A stretch of 63,895 bases of DNA, filler included, from Actinomycetota bacterium (GTDB lineage Bacteria > Actinomycetota > Acidimicrobiia > IMCC26256 > VFJJ01): assembly GCA_009886115.1 (NCBI GenBank). It is 4 parts of 4 records of this genome, joined end to end, with 100 filler letters (N's around TTAATTAATTAA, not from the genome) between each part and the next. Parts side by side here need not be neighbours in the genome. Positions count along the whole stretch, not along the records: positions 42,943 to 57,526 come from VFJJ01000157.1; positions 57,627 to 63,895 come from VFJJ01000156.1; 2 more parts are not named here. The stretch is one strand, 5' to 3'. Position numbers and translations under genes: made by a program. Below, piece by piece: positions 49,155-58,543 of the stretch. The first letter of the stretch is position 1; every line of letters begins with the position of its first letter. The notes beneath the pieces were generated by a model. The model saw nothing but the letters and a program-made list of their open reading frames with translations, did not search any database and was not told the DNA's origin.

Positions 49155-49832
49155 ATGATTCCCGCGGTCGATCGCGCACTCGGCGAGCTCGTTCGCCGGA
49201 GTTGGGAACGAGTCGTTCGGCTCGGGGCGATCGGCCCCGACGACCGGCGTGGCCGTCGATTCCAAGCGTTCGGCCAGGGATCGTCGATCTCGTTTCCCGT
49301 CACCGCCCTGTATGGCGAGCGATGGATCCGGATCGGCTCGAACACCTTGCTCGGACCGCGATGCTCGCTCTCGGCCGGGTTGTCTCCCGACCAGGTGGTC
49401 GTCAACGATCCGGCCGTGGTCATCGGCGACCGGTGCATGATCGGCGCCAACAGCGGCATCGTCTCGCATCACGAGATCGTGATCGGCAACGACGTGTGGA
49501 CCGGGCATCAGGTGTACATCACCGACGCGAACCACGGCTACGAAGACATCCACGAGGTGATCGGCCGTCAGCTCCAGCCCGCCCGGCCCGTCTCGATCGG
49601 CGACGGTTGCTGGCTCGGCCACGGCTCAACGATCCTGCCTGGCACCCGCCTGGGTCGCCACGTGGTGGTCGCGGCTGGTGCCGTGGTGAGCGGAGAGGTT
49701 CCCGACTACAGCGTGGTGGCCGGGGTGCCGGCCCGGGTCATCCGGCGCTACAGCGCTCACGCGGGATGGGAGTGGCTCAAGGACTCGACGAGTCGCGGCC
49801 TCACGGAGCCAGGGACCCCCGTCGTCGAGTAG
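49155..49832 (+). CDS. Hexapeptide-repeat acyltransferase
   Basis: IGDRCMIG, IGNDVW, DANHGY, IGDGCWLG, AGVPARVI. Confidence 0.85.
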   Translation: MIPAVDRALGELVRRSWERVVRLGAIGPDDRRGRRFQAFGQGSSISFPVTALYGERWIRIGSNTLLGPRCSLSAGLSPDQVVVNDPAVVIGDRCMIGANSGIVSHHEIVIGNDVWTGHQVYITDANHGYEDIHEVIGRQLQPARPVSIGDGCWLGHGSTILPGTRLGRHVVVAAGAVVSGEVPDYSVVAGVPARVIRRYSAHAGWEWLKDSTSRGLTEPGTPVVE

Positions 49833-49838
49833 TCGGTA

Positions 49839-50756
49839 TCAGAGACGACGGCCCCGTCCGAGCGCGTCGGCCGCCATGGCGATGACTCGCTGCACGTGGA
49901 GCGCCCGGTGAACGTCACAGGGATGGGCGAGCGCACCCCGTCCATCGATCGTCGAGCGGGCGACAGCGGCGAACTCTGCTCGAAGCGTGGCCCACAGCAG
50001 CGAGCGATCGTCGGCCCGCCCGTCGACGTGCAGGGGAGCCCCCGCCCTCGAGTAGAGGGTGAGGTCGGTGATCGACGGGAGCACGGCCCTCGAACAGCTG
50101 ATGGTGACCTCGGTGGACGTGCCCTGCTCGTGCTGGCACGACAGGCTGACCAGGTCGAACGGGCTACCGTGACCCTCAACCTCTACAACAGGTCCAGATG
50201 CGGCGTCGACCAGGTCGAGGATGTGCGGTCCCACGTCGATCAGGCAGCCGTGCTCACCGCGCCATCCGCGCTCGCCGCCCGGCGTCGCGGCGAGAAACGC
50301 CCCTGAGAGGAAGCTCCCGCGTGCCGCAGTCGTCGGAAATCGGGCAGTCTCGTCGAGGAATCGTCGAACCGTCGGTGAGAACCGGTACGTGAAGTTCACG
50401 ATGCAGCCCACGCCGGCATCGGCGATCGCCCCGGCAACCCTCGAGCTGTCATCGAGGTTGAGACCCAGGGGCTTCTCGAGCAGCATGGGCCGGCCGCGGC
50501 GAGCAGCGAGAACAGCGAGCTCGGCCTGCACCGAGGGCGGGACGGCGAAGGTGACGGCGTCGCACCGGTCGAGCAGATCGTCAAACGTGTCGAAAACGAC
50601 CGCTCGATACTGGCCGGCGAGCTCGGCGGCGTGGGCCCTCGAGCGCGACCAGACCCCCGCCAGCGTGGTCTCGGGCCCTGCGGCCAGCAGGGGGGCATGT
50701 ACCGCTCGGGCCCAGGGACCGGCACCGGCGATGCCCACGGTGATCGGTGTCGTCAT
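49839..50756 (-). CDS. Gfo/Idh/MocA oxidoreductase
   Basis: GAGPWA, LEKP, DVGPHILD. Confidence 0.88.
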   Translation of the reverse strand: MTTPITVGIAGAGPWARAVHAPLLAAGPETTLAGVWSRSRAHAAELAGQYRAVVFDTFDDLLDRCDAVTFAVPPSVQAELAVLAARRGRPMLLEKPLGLNLDDSSRVAGAIADAGVGCIVNFTYRFSPTVRRFLDETARFPTTAARGSFLSGAFLAATPGGERGWRGEHGCLIDVGPHILDLVDAASGPVVEVEGHGSPFDLVSLSCQHEQGTSTEVTISCSRAVLPSITDLTLYSRAGAPLHVDGRADDRSLLWATLRAEFAAVARSTIDGRGALAHPCDVHRALHVQRVIAMAADALGRGRRL

Positions 50757-50779
50757 CACCGGGAACCTACCCTGAGCCG

Positions 50780-51700
50780 ATGACGCAGGCTGACCAGGCA
50801 CGTACGTCCCGCTGGGTGATCGCCCTCCATGGGGGCGCCGGCAGCCCGTCTGACCAGCTCCTCCTTCCCGAGAGGCTGGCTCGCTGCGAGGCGGGCCTCA
50901 GCGCGGCGCTCGAAGCGGGAGCCAGCGTGCTCGACGCGGATGGCTCGGCGGTGGATGCCGTCACCGCAGCGGTCGTCGTGCTCGAGGACGATGAGGAGTT
51001 CAACGCCGGGCGGGGCGCGGTCTTGACCAGCGCCGGGACGGTCGAGACCGACGCCGCGGTGATGGACGGACGGGCCCGTCAGGTGGGCGCAGTGGGCTGC
51101 CTCACCGGCATTCGCAATCCGATCCTGGCGGCGCGTGCCGTGCTCGAACACCGCGCCCACGTGCTGCTCGTGGGCCCCGCGGCCGGGGCGTTCGCTCGAT
51201 CGAATGGCTGCTCAGCGGCACCGCCGGAGTACTTCGTGACCGATCGCCGCCGGGCCGAGCGACAGCGCCGCTCGCCAGCCGGTTCGGGCGATGCCGGGGG
51301 AACGGTCGGGGCGGTCGCCCTCGACACCTCCGGCCATCTGGCCGCGGCCACCTCGACAGGCGGGATCTTCGCCAAGGCGCCCGGGCGTGTGGGTGACACG
51401 CCCATCCCCGGCGCAGGAACGTGGGCCGACGATGCCAGCTGTGCGCTCTCGGCCACGGGTTCAGGTGAAGCGATCATGCGGGCGGTGTTCGGTCACCGGG
51501 TCCACGGGCTGGTCACAGGCGGCGCGAGCCTCGAATCGGCCTGCCAGCTGGCGCTCGACGAGGTCGTCGCTCTGGGTGGCCGAGGTGGCTGTGTGGCCGT
51601 CGATCGCGACGGCCGGGTGGCCATGCCGTTCACGACCACGGTGATGTACCGAGGCCTGCTCGAGCAGGGATCGCCGCCGAGGGTCGCCATCCGGCGCTGA
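50780..51700 (+). CDS. Isoaspartyl peptidase/L-asparaginase (Ntn hydrolase)
   Basis: HGGAG, FNAGRG, GTVGAVA, TSTGG, GRVGDTP, TGSGE. Confidence 0.92.
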   Translation: MTQADQARTSRWVIALHGGAGSPSDQLLLPERLARCEAGLSAALEAGASVLDADGSAVDAVTAAVVVLEDDEEFNAGRGAVLTSAGTVETDAAVMDGRARQVGAVGCLTGIRNPILAARAVLEHRAHVLLVGPAAGAFARSNGCSAAPPEYFVTDRRRAERQRRSPAGSGDAGGTVGAVALDTSGHLAAATSTGGIFAKAPGRVGDTPIPGAGTWADDASCALSATGSGEAIMRAVFGHRVHGLVTGGASLESACQLALDEVVALGGRGGCVAVDRDGRVAMPFTTTVMYRGLLEQGSPPRVAIRR

Positions 51701-52042
51701 TCTGCTGGCACGCCGAGCACTCGGCCGGCGAGGGCCGAGCCCGGCGCAAAGATGCTCTCAGCGCGAAGCAAGGCCGGGGATACGTCGGGGATACGTCCTG
51801 CGGCGTCTGTGCACTATCGACCGACAGATATGTGACGCATGGTCCACATTTGTCGCCTCATCGAGCCTGTGCGTTATGTCCTGCACAGGCAATTCCATCG
51901 AAACGCGAAGGTTTGGTTCCCGTCGAAGATTTGGCCGGAAATCGCCCAGTTGGCCACTTGTAATCACCTTGAGTGACGGGTTACACCACTCCTTGCGCAT
52001 TGGTCGGGGCGGCAATCCCTAGACAACTGGAAGGACAACTCC

Positions 52043-55000
52043 ATGTTTCATCGGCAGTTCTCTTGGAGCTCTGTAGAGCCCAATCGTCGTAATACAGACG
52101 AAACAGATACAGATCTCAGTCATGACACCTCCGCCAGAGGTACGAGGCGGAACCCGAGAAGGAGCCAAGCCCGGTCTCGCAACACGGCGCTCTTGACGGC
52201 GTTGGTGGTAGCGACCAGCACGGTCGTCTCCCTCGGAGGCGGAATCGCCACGGCGTCGCACCTGACACCGCCGCCGGCGCCCATCGCCCTCATCGAGTCG
52301 GATCTGAGGTTCATCCTGGACCAGATCCTGGTTGCTGAGGCCCACGCCGCCTACGCCGACCCCACGTTGTGCCCGGGCCCCGAGTTGGTCGGCAGCCCGC
52401 TGCTTCCGATCGGGCTCCGTACGGTCAGCGGTGACTGCAACAACCTGATCCCCGGTCAGCGGGCCTTCGGTGCCGCGGACACGATCTTCCCCCGGCTCAC
52501 GGCCCCGGTGTTCCAGGCGGCCGATGACGTGCCCCTCGCCTTCGACGGTTTCGGCGGCCTCGTTGCAGGTGACCCGACCGACTACGCGCAGCTGACCGGC
52601 ACGGTCGTCGACGCGGAGCCCCGGGTCATCAGCAACCTGATCGTCGACTCGAGCACCAACAACCTGGCTGCGGTCGACGTGGCAGCCAGGACCGCCGATT
52701 CGGTCTCGATCACCCCAGGACTCGACTCGGTGTCGACCGAGAACTTCTTCTTCATCCCCAACGTCGCCACTGACGAGGGCCTCTCGGCTCCGTACAACTC
52801 GTGGTTCACGCTGTTCGGGCAGTTCTTCGACCACGGCCTCGACCTCTTGAGCAAGGGTGGTAGCGGCACCGTGTTCGTCCCTCTCCAGGAGGACGACCCG
52901 CTCTTCAACCCAATGAGCCCCACGAACTTCATGGTGATGACCCGGGCGTCGAACCAGGGCGGGGTGCACGAGCACCTGAACACCACGTCGCCCTTCGTCG
53001 ACCAGAACCAGACCTACACCTCGCACCCGTCACACCAGGTGTTCTTGCGGGAGTACGTGCTCGACGGCCTCGGAGCCCCGGTGGCGACGGGCCAGCTGCT
53101 CGAGACCAACGGTGGTCTGGGTACCTGGGAGTCGGTGAAGCTCCAGGCCGAGGACCTCCTCGGCATCCACCTGGAAGACGCCGACGTGCTGAACGTGCCG
53201 CTGCTGGCCACCGACCAGTACGGCCGATTCCTGCGAAGCGGAGCTGGCTTCGTCCAGCTCGTCACCGACAGCGGCTTGGTGCCAGGTGACCCAAGTGCCA
53301 ATGGCGGAACCGGCGTCGCGATCCCGGCAAACACGTTCCGCACGGGTCACGCGTTCCTCGACGACATCGCCCATCACGCCGCTCCCGGCGGGGGCAAGGT
53401 CGCCGACGCCGACTCCCTCACCGTCGACGACGGTCTCGCCAACACCTACGACGATGAGCTGCTGAACAAGCACTTCGCCACCGGTGACGGGCGAGGCAAC
53501 GAGAACATCGGTCTCTCGAGCGTCCACCACGTGTTCCACTCCGAGCACAACGGGCTGGTCGGGCAGATCCAGACGATGATCGACGCCAGCGCCGACCCGG
53601 TCTTCCAGGCCCAATGGCACCTCGGCGGTCCCGACTGGAACGGTGAGCGCCTCTTCCAGGCGGCGAAGTTCGTCACCGAGATGGAGTACCAGCACCTGGT
53701 CTTCGAGGAGTTCGGGCGCAAGGTGCAGCCGATGATCAACATCTTCTCCGGCTACGAGACCGACGTCGACCCGGCCATCGCGGCCGAGTTCGCCCACACG
53801 GTGTACCGGTTCGGCCACTCGATGCTCACCGAGACCGTCGACCGGGTCAACGCCGACGGCACCCGGAACGACATCGGATTGATCGATGCCTTCCTCGATC
53901 CTGAGGCCTTCTTCGCCAACGGCCTGAACCCCGACTACACGGCCGACGAGGCCGCCGGTGCGGTCGTGCGAGGCATGACCCAGCAGGTGGGCAACGAGAT
54001 CGACGAGTTCGTCACCGACGCGCTGCGCAACAACCTCGTGGGCCTGCCCCTCGACCTCCCCACCATCAACATCACCCGAGGTCGAGACACCGGCATCCCG
54101 TCGCTCAACGCGGCCCGTCGCGAGTTCTACGCGGCGACCGGGAGCTCGATCCTGGCCCCCTATGACAGCTGGTACGACTTCGGTCAGGCCATCCAGAACC
54201 CCGAGTCGCTCGTCAACTTCGTCGCGGCTTACGGGACCCACCCGGACATCTTGGTGGAGACCACCCTGCTGGGGAAGCGGGTCGCGGCCGACGCCATCGT
54301 CAACTTCATGGCCCCCGGCGCCACCGCCTTCATGTTCAGCGACGGCGTCACGTGGGGCAGCACCCCCGGCGATGTGACCGTCACCGGTGTCGACGACATC
54401 GACTTCTGGGTCGGTGGCATGGCCGAGGCGACTCAGCCCTTCGGCGGCCTGCTGGGCTCGACGTTCAACTTCGTCTTCGAGACCCAGTTGGAGAAGCTGC
54501 AGAACGGCGACCGGTTCTACTACCTCAGCCGTCTGGCCGGCACCAACTTCCTCACCCAGCTCGAGAACAACTCGTTCGCCGAGCTGATCATGCGCAACAC
54601 CGACGCGCGGCACCTGCCGCTCGACGTGTTCTCGACTCCCAACTACCGGTTCGAGATCGAGAACCTCGGAGCGGGCCCCGGCCCGATCGTCGACGACCCG
54701 AACACCGACTACGACGAGACGACACTGCTCGTACGTATGCCCGACGGCACCATCCGTTACCCCGGTGTCGACCACGTCCTCATGGGCGGCACCGAGGGCA
54801 ACGACCGGATGCGGACCGGAGCTGGCGACGACACCCTCTGGGGTGACGGCGGCAACGACCGCCTGGAAGGTGGAGCCGGCAACGACAACCACTCCGGCGG
54901 CACCGGCGACGACATCATCACCGACACCTTCGGTGACGACAACCTCAAGGGCGGTGCCGGCAACGACGCCATCAACGCCGGCAGCGGCTTCGACCTGCTC

Positions 55001-57400
55001 CTCCCGGGCGAAGGCAACGACTTCACCGTCGGCGGTCAGGACCCGAAGGAGACCTTCGGCGGCACCGGCAACGACTTCATCATCGCCGGCGACGACTCAG
55101 ACACAGTCTTCGGTGACGAGGGCGACGACTGGATCGAGGGTGGACCCCAAGCCGACCTGCTCCAGGGCGGCAACGGCAACCCCTTCCAGACCGACGTGGC
55201 CGACGGCAACGATGTCATCATCGGCGACGGCGGCAACGACGACTACGACTCCGAGGGCGGCGACGACGTCATGGTCTCCGGCCCCGGGATCGAGCGCAAC
55301 GAGGGCATGCTCGGCTTCGACTGGCAGACCGCGGCTCGTGACCCGCAGCCGGTCAACGCCGACATGCGCTTCACCGGGCTGCTGCCTCCCGACATCGACG
55401 CCATCCGCGACCGGTTCGACCTGGTCGAGGGTCTGTCGGGCTGGGACTACGACGACATCCTCCGGGGCGACGACGGCGACGCGGTGACGATGGTCGGCAA
55501 CGAGCTGATCAGCGCCAACGCTGCACTCGTCGATGGTCTCGAGGCGTTCCTCAACGGCGACACCACCTTCACCGGCGGCAACATCATCATGGGCGGTGAC
55601 GGCAGCGACATCATCGAGGGCCGTGGCGGCGACGACTTCATCGACGGTGACACGTGGTTCAACGTGCGCATCATCGAGGTCGATGTCGACGAGGTTCCGA
55701 TCCCCGGCCAGAGCTGGAACTCGATGCGGGACGTGCAGGCGGAGGTGTTCGGGGGCTTCATCAACCCGGGCAGCCTGCGGATCGTGCGTGAGATCGTGAC
55801 GCCCGCTCTGGTCGATGACGACCTCGACACTGCGGTGTTCACCGACATCCGGGCCAACTACCTGCTCACCCAGGTCTCCACGGTGCCGAACGCCTGGACC
55901 GTGGAGCACGTCGGCAACCCGCGGTGTGTCCTCGATCCGCTCGACCCGCTGGCTGTACTGCCTCGCGGGTGTGACGCTACGGACTTCGTCCGCAACGTCG
56001 AGCGGCTCACCTTCTCGGACACGAGCGTGGTGATCGGCAACTTCCCGGGCAACACCCCGGCCACCGGTACGGTGCTCATCAGCAACACCGCACCGACCGA
56101 GGACGAGGTGCTGACGGCCACCCAGGCCTTCACTGACGTCGACGGTATCCAGGTGGCCACCATCGTGTTCAGCTGGCAGATGGATGACGGGCTGGGCGGC
56201 TGGATCACGGTCGGCACGGGCGACACGTTCGCCCCTGACGACGGACAGGTGGGCCGGGCGCTCAGGGTCGAGGCGACCTTCCTCGACAACGACTTCGTGC
56301 CCGAGATCATCTTCTCGGACCCGACAGCTCCGGTCATCAACATCAACGACGTGCCCGAGGGTGCTGCCGTCATCGACGACCTCACCCCGACCGAGGGCTC
56401 GGTCCTCAACGTCGACATCAGCACGATCACCGACGCCGATGGCCTGCTTGCGGCTTCGCCGCTCGTGCCCCAGTGGCAGCGTGACCCCGGTACCGGTTTC
56501 GTCGACATCGCCGGGGCCAACGGGTTGAGCTACATCCCGGTCGCGGCCGATGTCAATGCGACCCTGCGGGTGGTGGTCGTCTTCACAGACGACAACGGGA
56601 CGTTGGAGACCGTCGACTCGGCGGTCACCATCGTGACCGGGAACCTGATCAATGCCAGCGGTGCGGCGAACATCATCGGTCCTGCAGCGAGCGTCGCGCT
56701 CGACCTGAACACCACGGCCGGCGACGACATCGTCTTCGGTAACGGTGGGGCCGACAACATCACCACCGGTGCCGGCAACGACATCGTCAACGCTGGGACC
56801 GGTAACGACACCGTCAACACCGGCGCCGGCAACGACACCATCAACGTCAACGGCCTCGAGGGCTTCGACAACATCAACGGTGGGGCCGACGTCGACACCA
56901 TGAAGGCGATCTCGAACGGCACCTCGTTCGGGCTGACGGCGATCGTGGGCATCGAGACCATCGAGGCCGGCGTCTTCACCGGAGTCAAGATCACCGGCTC
57001 CACAGCAGCGAACACGCTCAACTTCTCGGCGGTCACCCTGATCGGCATCACCGAGATCGACGGCAATGGCGGTGCTGACAACATCACCGGCTCGGTGGCC
57101 AACGACCAGATCCGCGGCAGCGCAGGGAACGACAACATCTTCCTGGCTGCCGGTGGCGACGACACGATGATGTTCGCCCTTGGTTACGGGGCTGACGACA
57201 TCCGGGCGTTCGACTCCGATCCGGTTGGTGGGCAGGACCTGCTCAACATCTCAGGCCTCGGCGTCACGTCGCTAGCCTCGGTGACCATCGCCAACGGCGG
57301 CGGCGGCTCGACGCTCATCACGGTGGGAGGAGGCACCATCCGGTTGCGGACGACGGCTCCGGCCAACATCACCGCAGCCGACTTCATCTTCGCTCCCTGA
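52043..57400 (+). CDS. Large secreted animal-heme-peroxidase-family protein with RTX Ca-binding repeats (MopA-like)
   Basis: LRTVSGDCNN, FGQFFDHGLD, GDGRGNEN, YRFGHSML, DLPTINITRGRD; many GGxGND repeats; N-terminal basic plus hydrophobic signal ending IATA-S; AAGGA RBS. Confidence 0.92.
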   Translation: MFHRQFSWSSVEPNRRNTDETDTDLSHDTSARGTRRNPRRSQARSRNTALLTALVVATSTVVSLGGGIATASHLTPPPAPIALIESDLRFILDQILVAEAHAAYADPTLCPGPELVGSPLLPIGLRTVSGDCNNLIPGQRAFGAADTIFPRLTAPVFQAADDVPLAFDGFGGLVAGDPTDYAQLTGTVVDAEPRVISNLIVDSSTNNLAAVDVAARTADSVSITPGLDSVSTENFFFIPNVATDEGLSAPYNSWFTLFGQFFDHGLDLLSKGGSGTVFVPLQEDDPLFNPMSPTNFMVMTRASNQGGVHEHLNTTSPFVDQNQTYTSHPSHQVFLREYVLDGLGAPVATGQLLETNGGLGTWESVKLQAEDLLGIHLEDADVLNVPLLATDQYGRFLRSGAGFVQLVTDSGLVPGDPSANGGTGVAIPANTFRTGHAFLDDIAHHAAPGGGKVADADSLTVDDGLANTYDDELLNKHFATGDGRGNENIGLSSVHHVFHSEHNGLVGQIQTMIDASADPVFQAQWHLGGPDWNGERLFQAAKFVTEMEYQHLVFEEFGRKVQPMINIFSGYETDVDPAIAAEFAHTVYRFGHSMLTETVDRVNADGTRNDIGLIDAFLDPEAFFANGLNPDYTADEAAGAVVRGMTQQVGNEIDEFVTDALRNNLVGLPLDLPTINITRGRDTGIPSLNAARREFYAATGSSILAPYDSWYDFGQAIQNPESLVNFVAAYGTHPDILVETTLLGKRVAADAIVNFMAPGATAFMFSDGVTWGSTPGDVTVTGVDDIDFWVGGMAEATQPFGGLLGSTFNFVFETQLEKLQNGDRFYYLSRLAGTNFLTQLENNSFAELIMRNTDARHLPLDVFSTPNYRFEIENLGAGPGPIVDDPNTDYDETTLLVRMPDGTIRYPGVDHVLMGGTEGNDRMRTGAGDDTLWGDGGNDRLEGGAGNDNHSGGTGDDIITDTFGDDNLKGGAGNDAINAGSGFDLLLPGEGNDFTVGGQDPKETFGGTGNDFIIAGDDSDTVFGDEGDDWIEGGPQADLLQGGNGNPFQTDVADGNDVIIGDGGNDDYDSEGGDDVMVSGPGIERNEGMLGFDWQTAARDPQPVNADMRFTGLLPPDIDAIRDRFDLVEGLSGWDYDDILRGDDGDAVTMVGNELISANAALVDGLEAFLNGDTTFTGGNIIMGGDGSDIIEGRGGDDFIDGDTWFNVRIIEVDVDEVPIPGQSWNSMRDVQAEVFGGFINPGSLRIVREIVTPALVDDDLDTAVFTDIRANYLLTQVSTVPNAWTVEHVGNPRCVLDPLDPLAVLPRGCDATDFVRNVERLTFSDTSVVIGNFPGNTPATGTVLISNTAPTEDEVLTATQAFTDVDGIQVATIVFSWQMDDGLGGWITVGTGDTFAPDDGQVGRALRVEATFLDNDFVPEIIFSDPTAPVININDVPEGAAVIDDLTPTEGSVLNVDISTITDADGLLAASPLVPQWQRDPGTGFVDIAGANGLSYIPVAADVNATLRVVVVFTDDNGTLETVDSAVTIVTGNLINASGAANIIGPAASVALDLNTTAGDDIVFGNGGADNITTGAGNDIVNAGTGNDTVNTGAGNDTINVNGLEGFDNINGGADVDTMKAISNGTSFGLTAIVGIETIEAGVFTGVKITGSTAANTLNFSAVTLIGITEIDGNGGADNITGSVANDQIRGSAGNDNIFLAAGGDDTMMFALGYGADDIRAFDSDPVGGQDLLNISGLGVTSLASVTIANGGGGSTLITVGGGTIRLRTTAPANITAADFIFAP

Positions 57401-57453
57401 GGGGTGAGGGGCTCCGGCCCCACACCCTGCAGGCCAACGTGAAACATCTGTGA

Positions 57454-57526
57454 CCGGTGCGGGAAGCGCAAGCGTCCCGCACCGGCGCGTTCGGGGACCG
57501 GCCGATACTGTCGGTCCCCGAACGCC
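57454..57526 (+). terminator. Two tandem GC-rich hairpins after the peroxidase gene
   Basis: CCGGTGCGGGA/TCCCGCACCGG and GCGTTCGGGGACCG/CGGTCCCCGAACGC. Confidence 0.65.
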
Positions 57527-57625
57527 NNNNNNNNNNNNNNNNNNNNNNNNNNNNNNNNNNNNNNNNNNNNTTAATTAATTAANNNNNNNNNNNNNNNNNN
57601 NNNNNNNNNNNNNNNNNNNNNNNNN
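57527..57625. other. Artificial contig-joining spacer
   Basis: N-run with TTAATTAATTAA. Confidence 0.98.
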
Positions 57626-57654
57626 NCGGCGCCGTCGCCCGGCGCGGTACGGTT

Positions 57655-58470
57655 GTGGTGACACGTTGGTCGCAGACCGGCTCGACGAATGTCCGAGCAG
57701 ACGGGCGTACCTCCGTGGCCGAACAGGGCCCCAGCATCAAGACCACGCTGCACCTGGCCGGCGGTGTCGGCGACACGAGCTTCGCCCACCCGGCCCGAGG
57801 ATCCGACGGCGGCGGGCCGGATCGTCATGTCGTTGCCCGCACGAGCGCGCTGCTCGGCGCGGTGCTGCGTCGGGTCATTCCGCACATCCTGGAAGCCAAC
57901 GTCGTCCCGGGCTTGTTGCTGATGTTCCTCGTGTCGTTCGTGAACCTCCACGTCGCCATGATCGCCGCCTTGGCCTGGGCGCTGGTTGCGATGGGGCGAC
58001 GCCTGGTGAGCCGCCGGCGTGTTCCCGTGATCCTGGTGCTGGCCACCTTCGGACTGTCGGTACGCACGGTGATCGCCTTCTCGAGCGGCGACGCGGTCAT
58101 CTACTTCCTGCAGCCGATGATCACCAACGCCTCGGTGGGTCTCGCGCTCGTCGGCTCCGTGCTCGTCGGTCGTCCACTCGTTTCCCGGCTGGCTGGCGAC
58201 TTCTGCCCGTTCACCCCCGAGGTCGCGGCCCGTCCCGCGGTCGCCCGTCTCTTCGCCAAGCTCACACTGCTGTGGGCCCTGGTGCAGCTCGTCAAGTCGG
58301 TGTCGAGCTTCGGCATGTACGTCAGCCTGCCGCTCGAGTCGTTCGTGGTCGGCAAGACGCTCGCCGGCTTCGGGCTCACCGCGTTCGGGACCGCGCTCAC
58401 CATCTGGTGGGCCATCCTGATGGTTCGCCGTGAAGGCCTCGTGGTGATCAGGGTTCCCGTCCGAGTCTGA
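57655..58470 (+). CDS. Integral membrane protein (VC0807/DUF3159-like; start uncertain)
   Basis: About 6 TM segments, YFLQP, SVLVGRPL..RLA.DF, LTLLW. Confidence 0.65.
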   Translation: MVTRWSQTGSTNVRADGRTSVAEQGPSIKTTLHLAGGVGDTSFAHPARGSDGGGPDRHVVARTSALLGAVLRRVIPHILEANVVPGLLLMFLVSFVNLHVAMIAALAWALVAMGRRLVSRRRVPVILVLATFGLSVRTVIAFSSGDAVIYFLQPMITNASVGLALVGSVLVGRPLVSRLAGDFCPFTPEVAARPAVARLFAKLTLLWALVQLVKSVSSFGMYVSLPLESFVVGKTLAGFGLTAFGTALTIWWAILMVRREGLVVIRVPVRV

Positions 58471-58543
58471 GACGCTCGCCGTCGCAACCCTCCCCGCCCG
58501 AGGGGTGCCTGCCCAGCGCGCGTCCGGTAGACGGCGACCGTGG

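Noticed and set aside
51880..51915. c-di-GMP-I riboswitch-like GCACAGGCAATTCCATCGAAA
   Set aside because: Lacks the complementary stem after GAAA and the downstream GACGCAAAGCC-type segment
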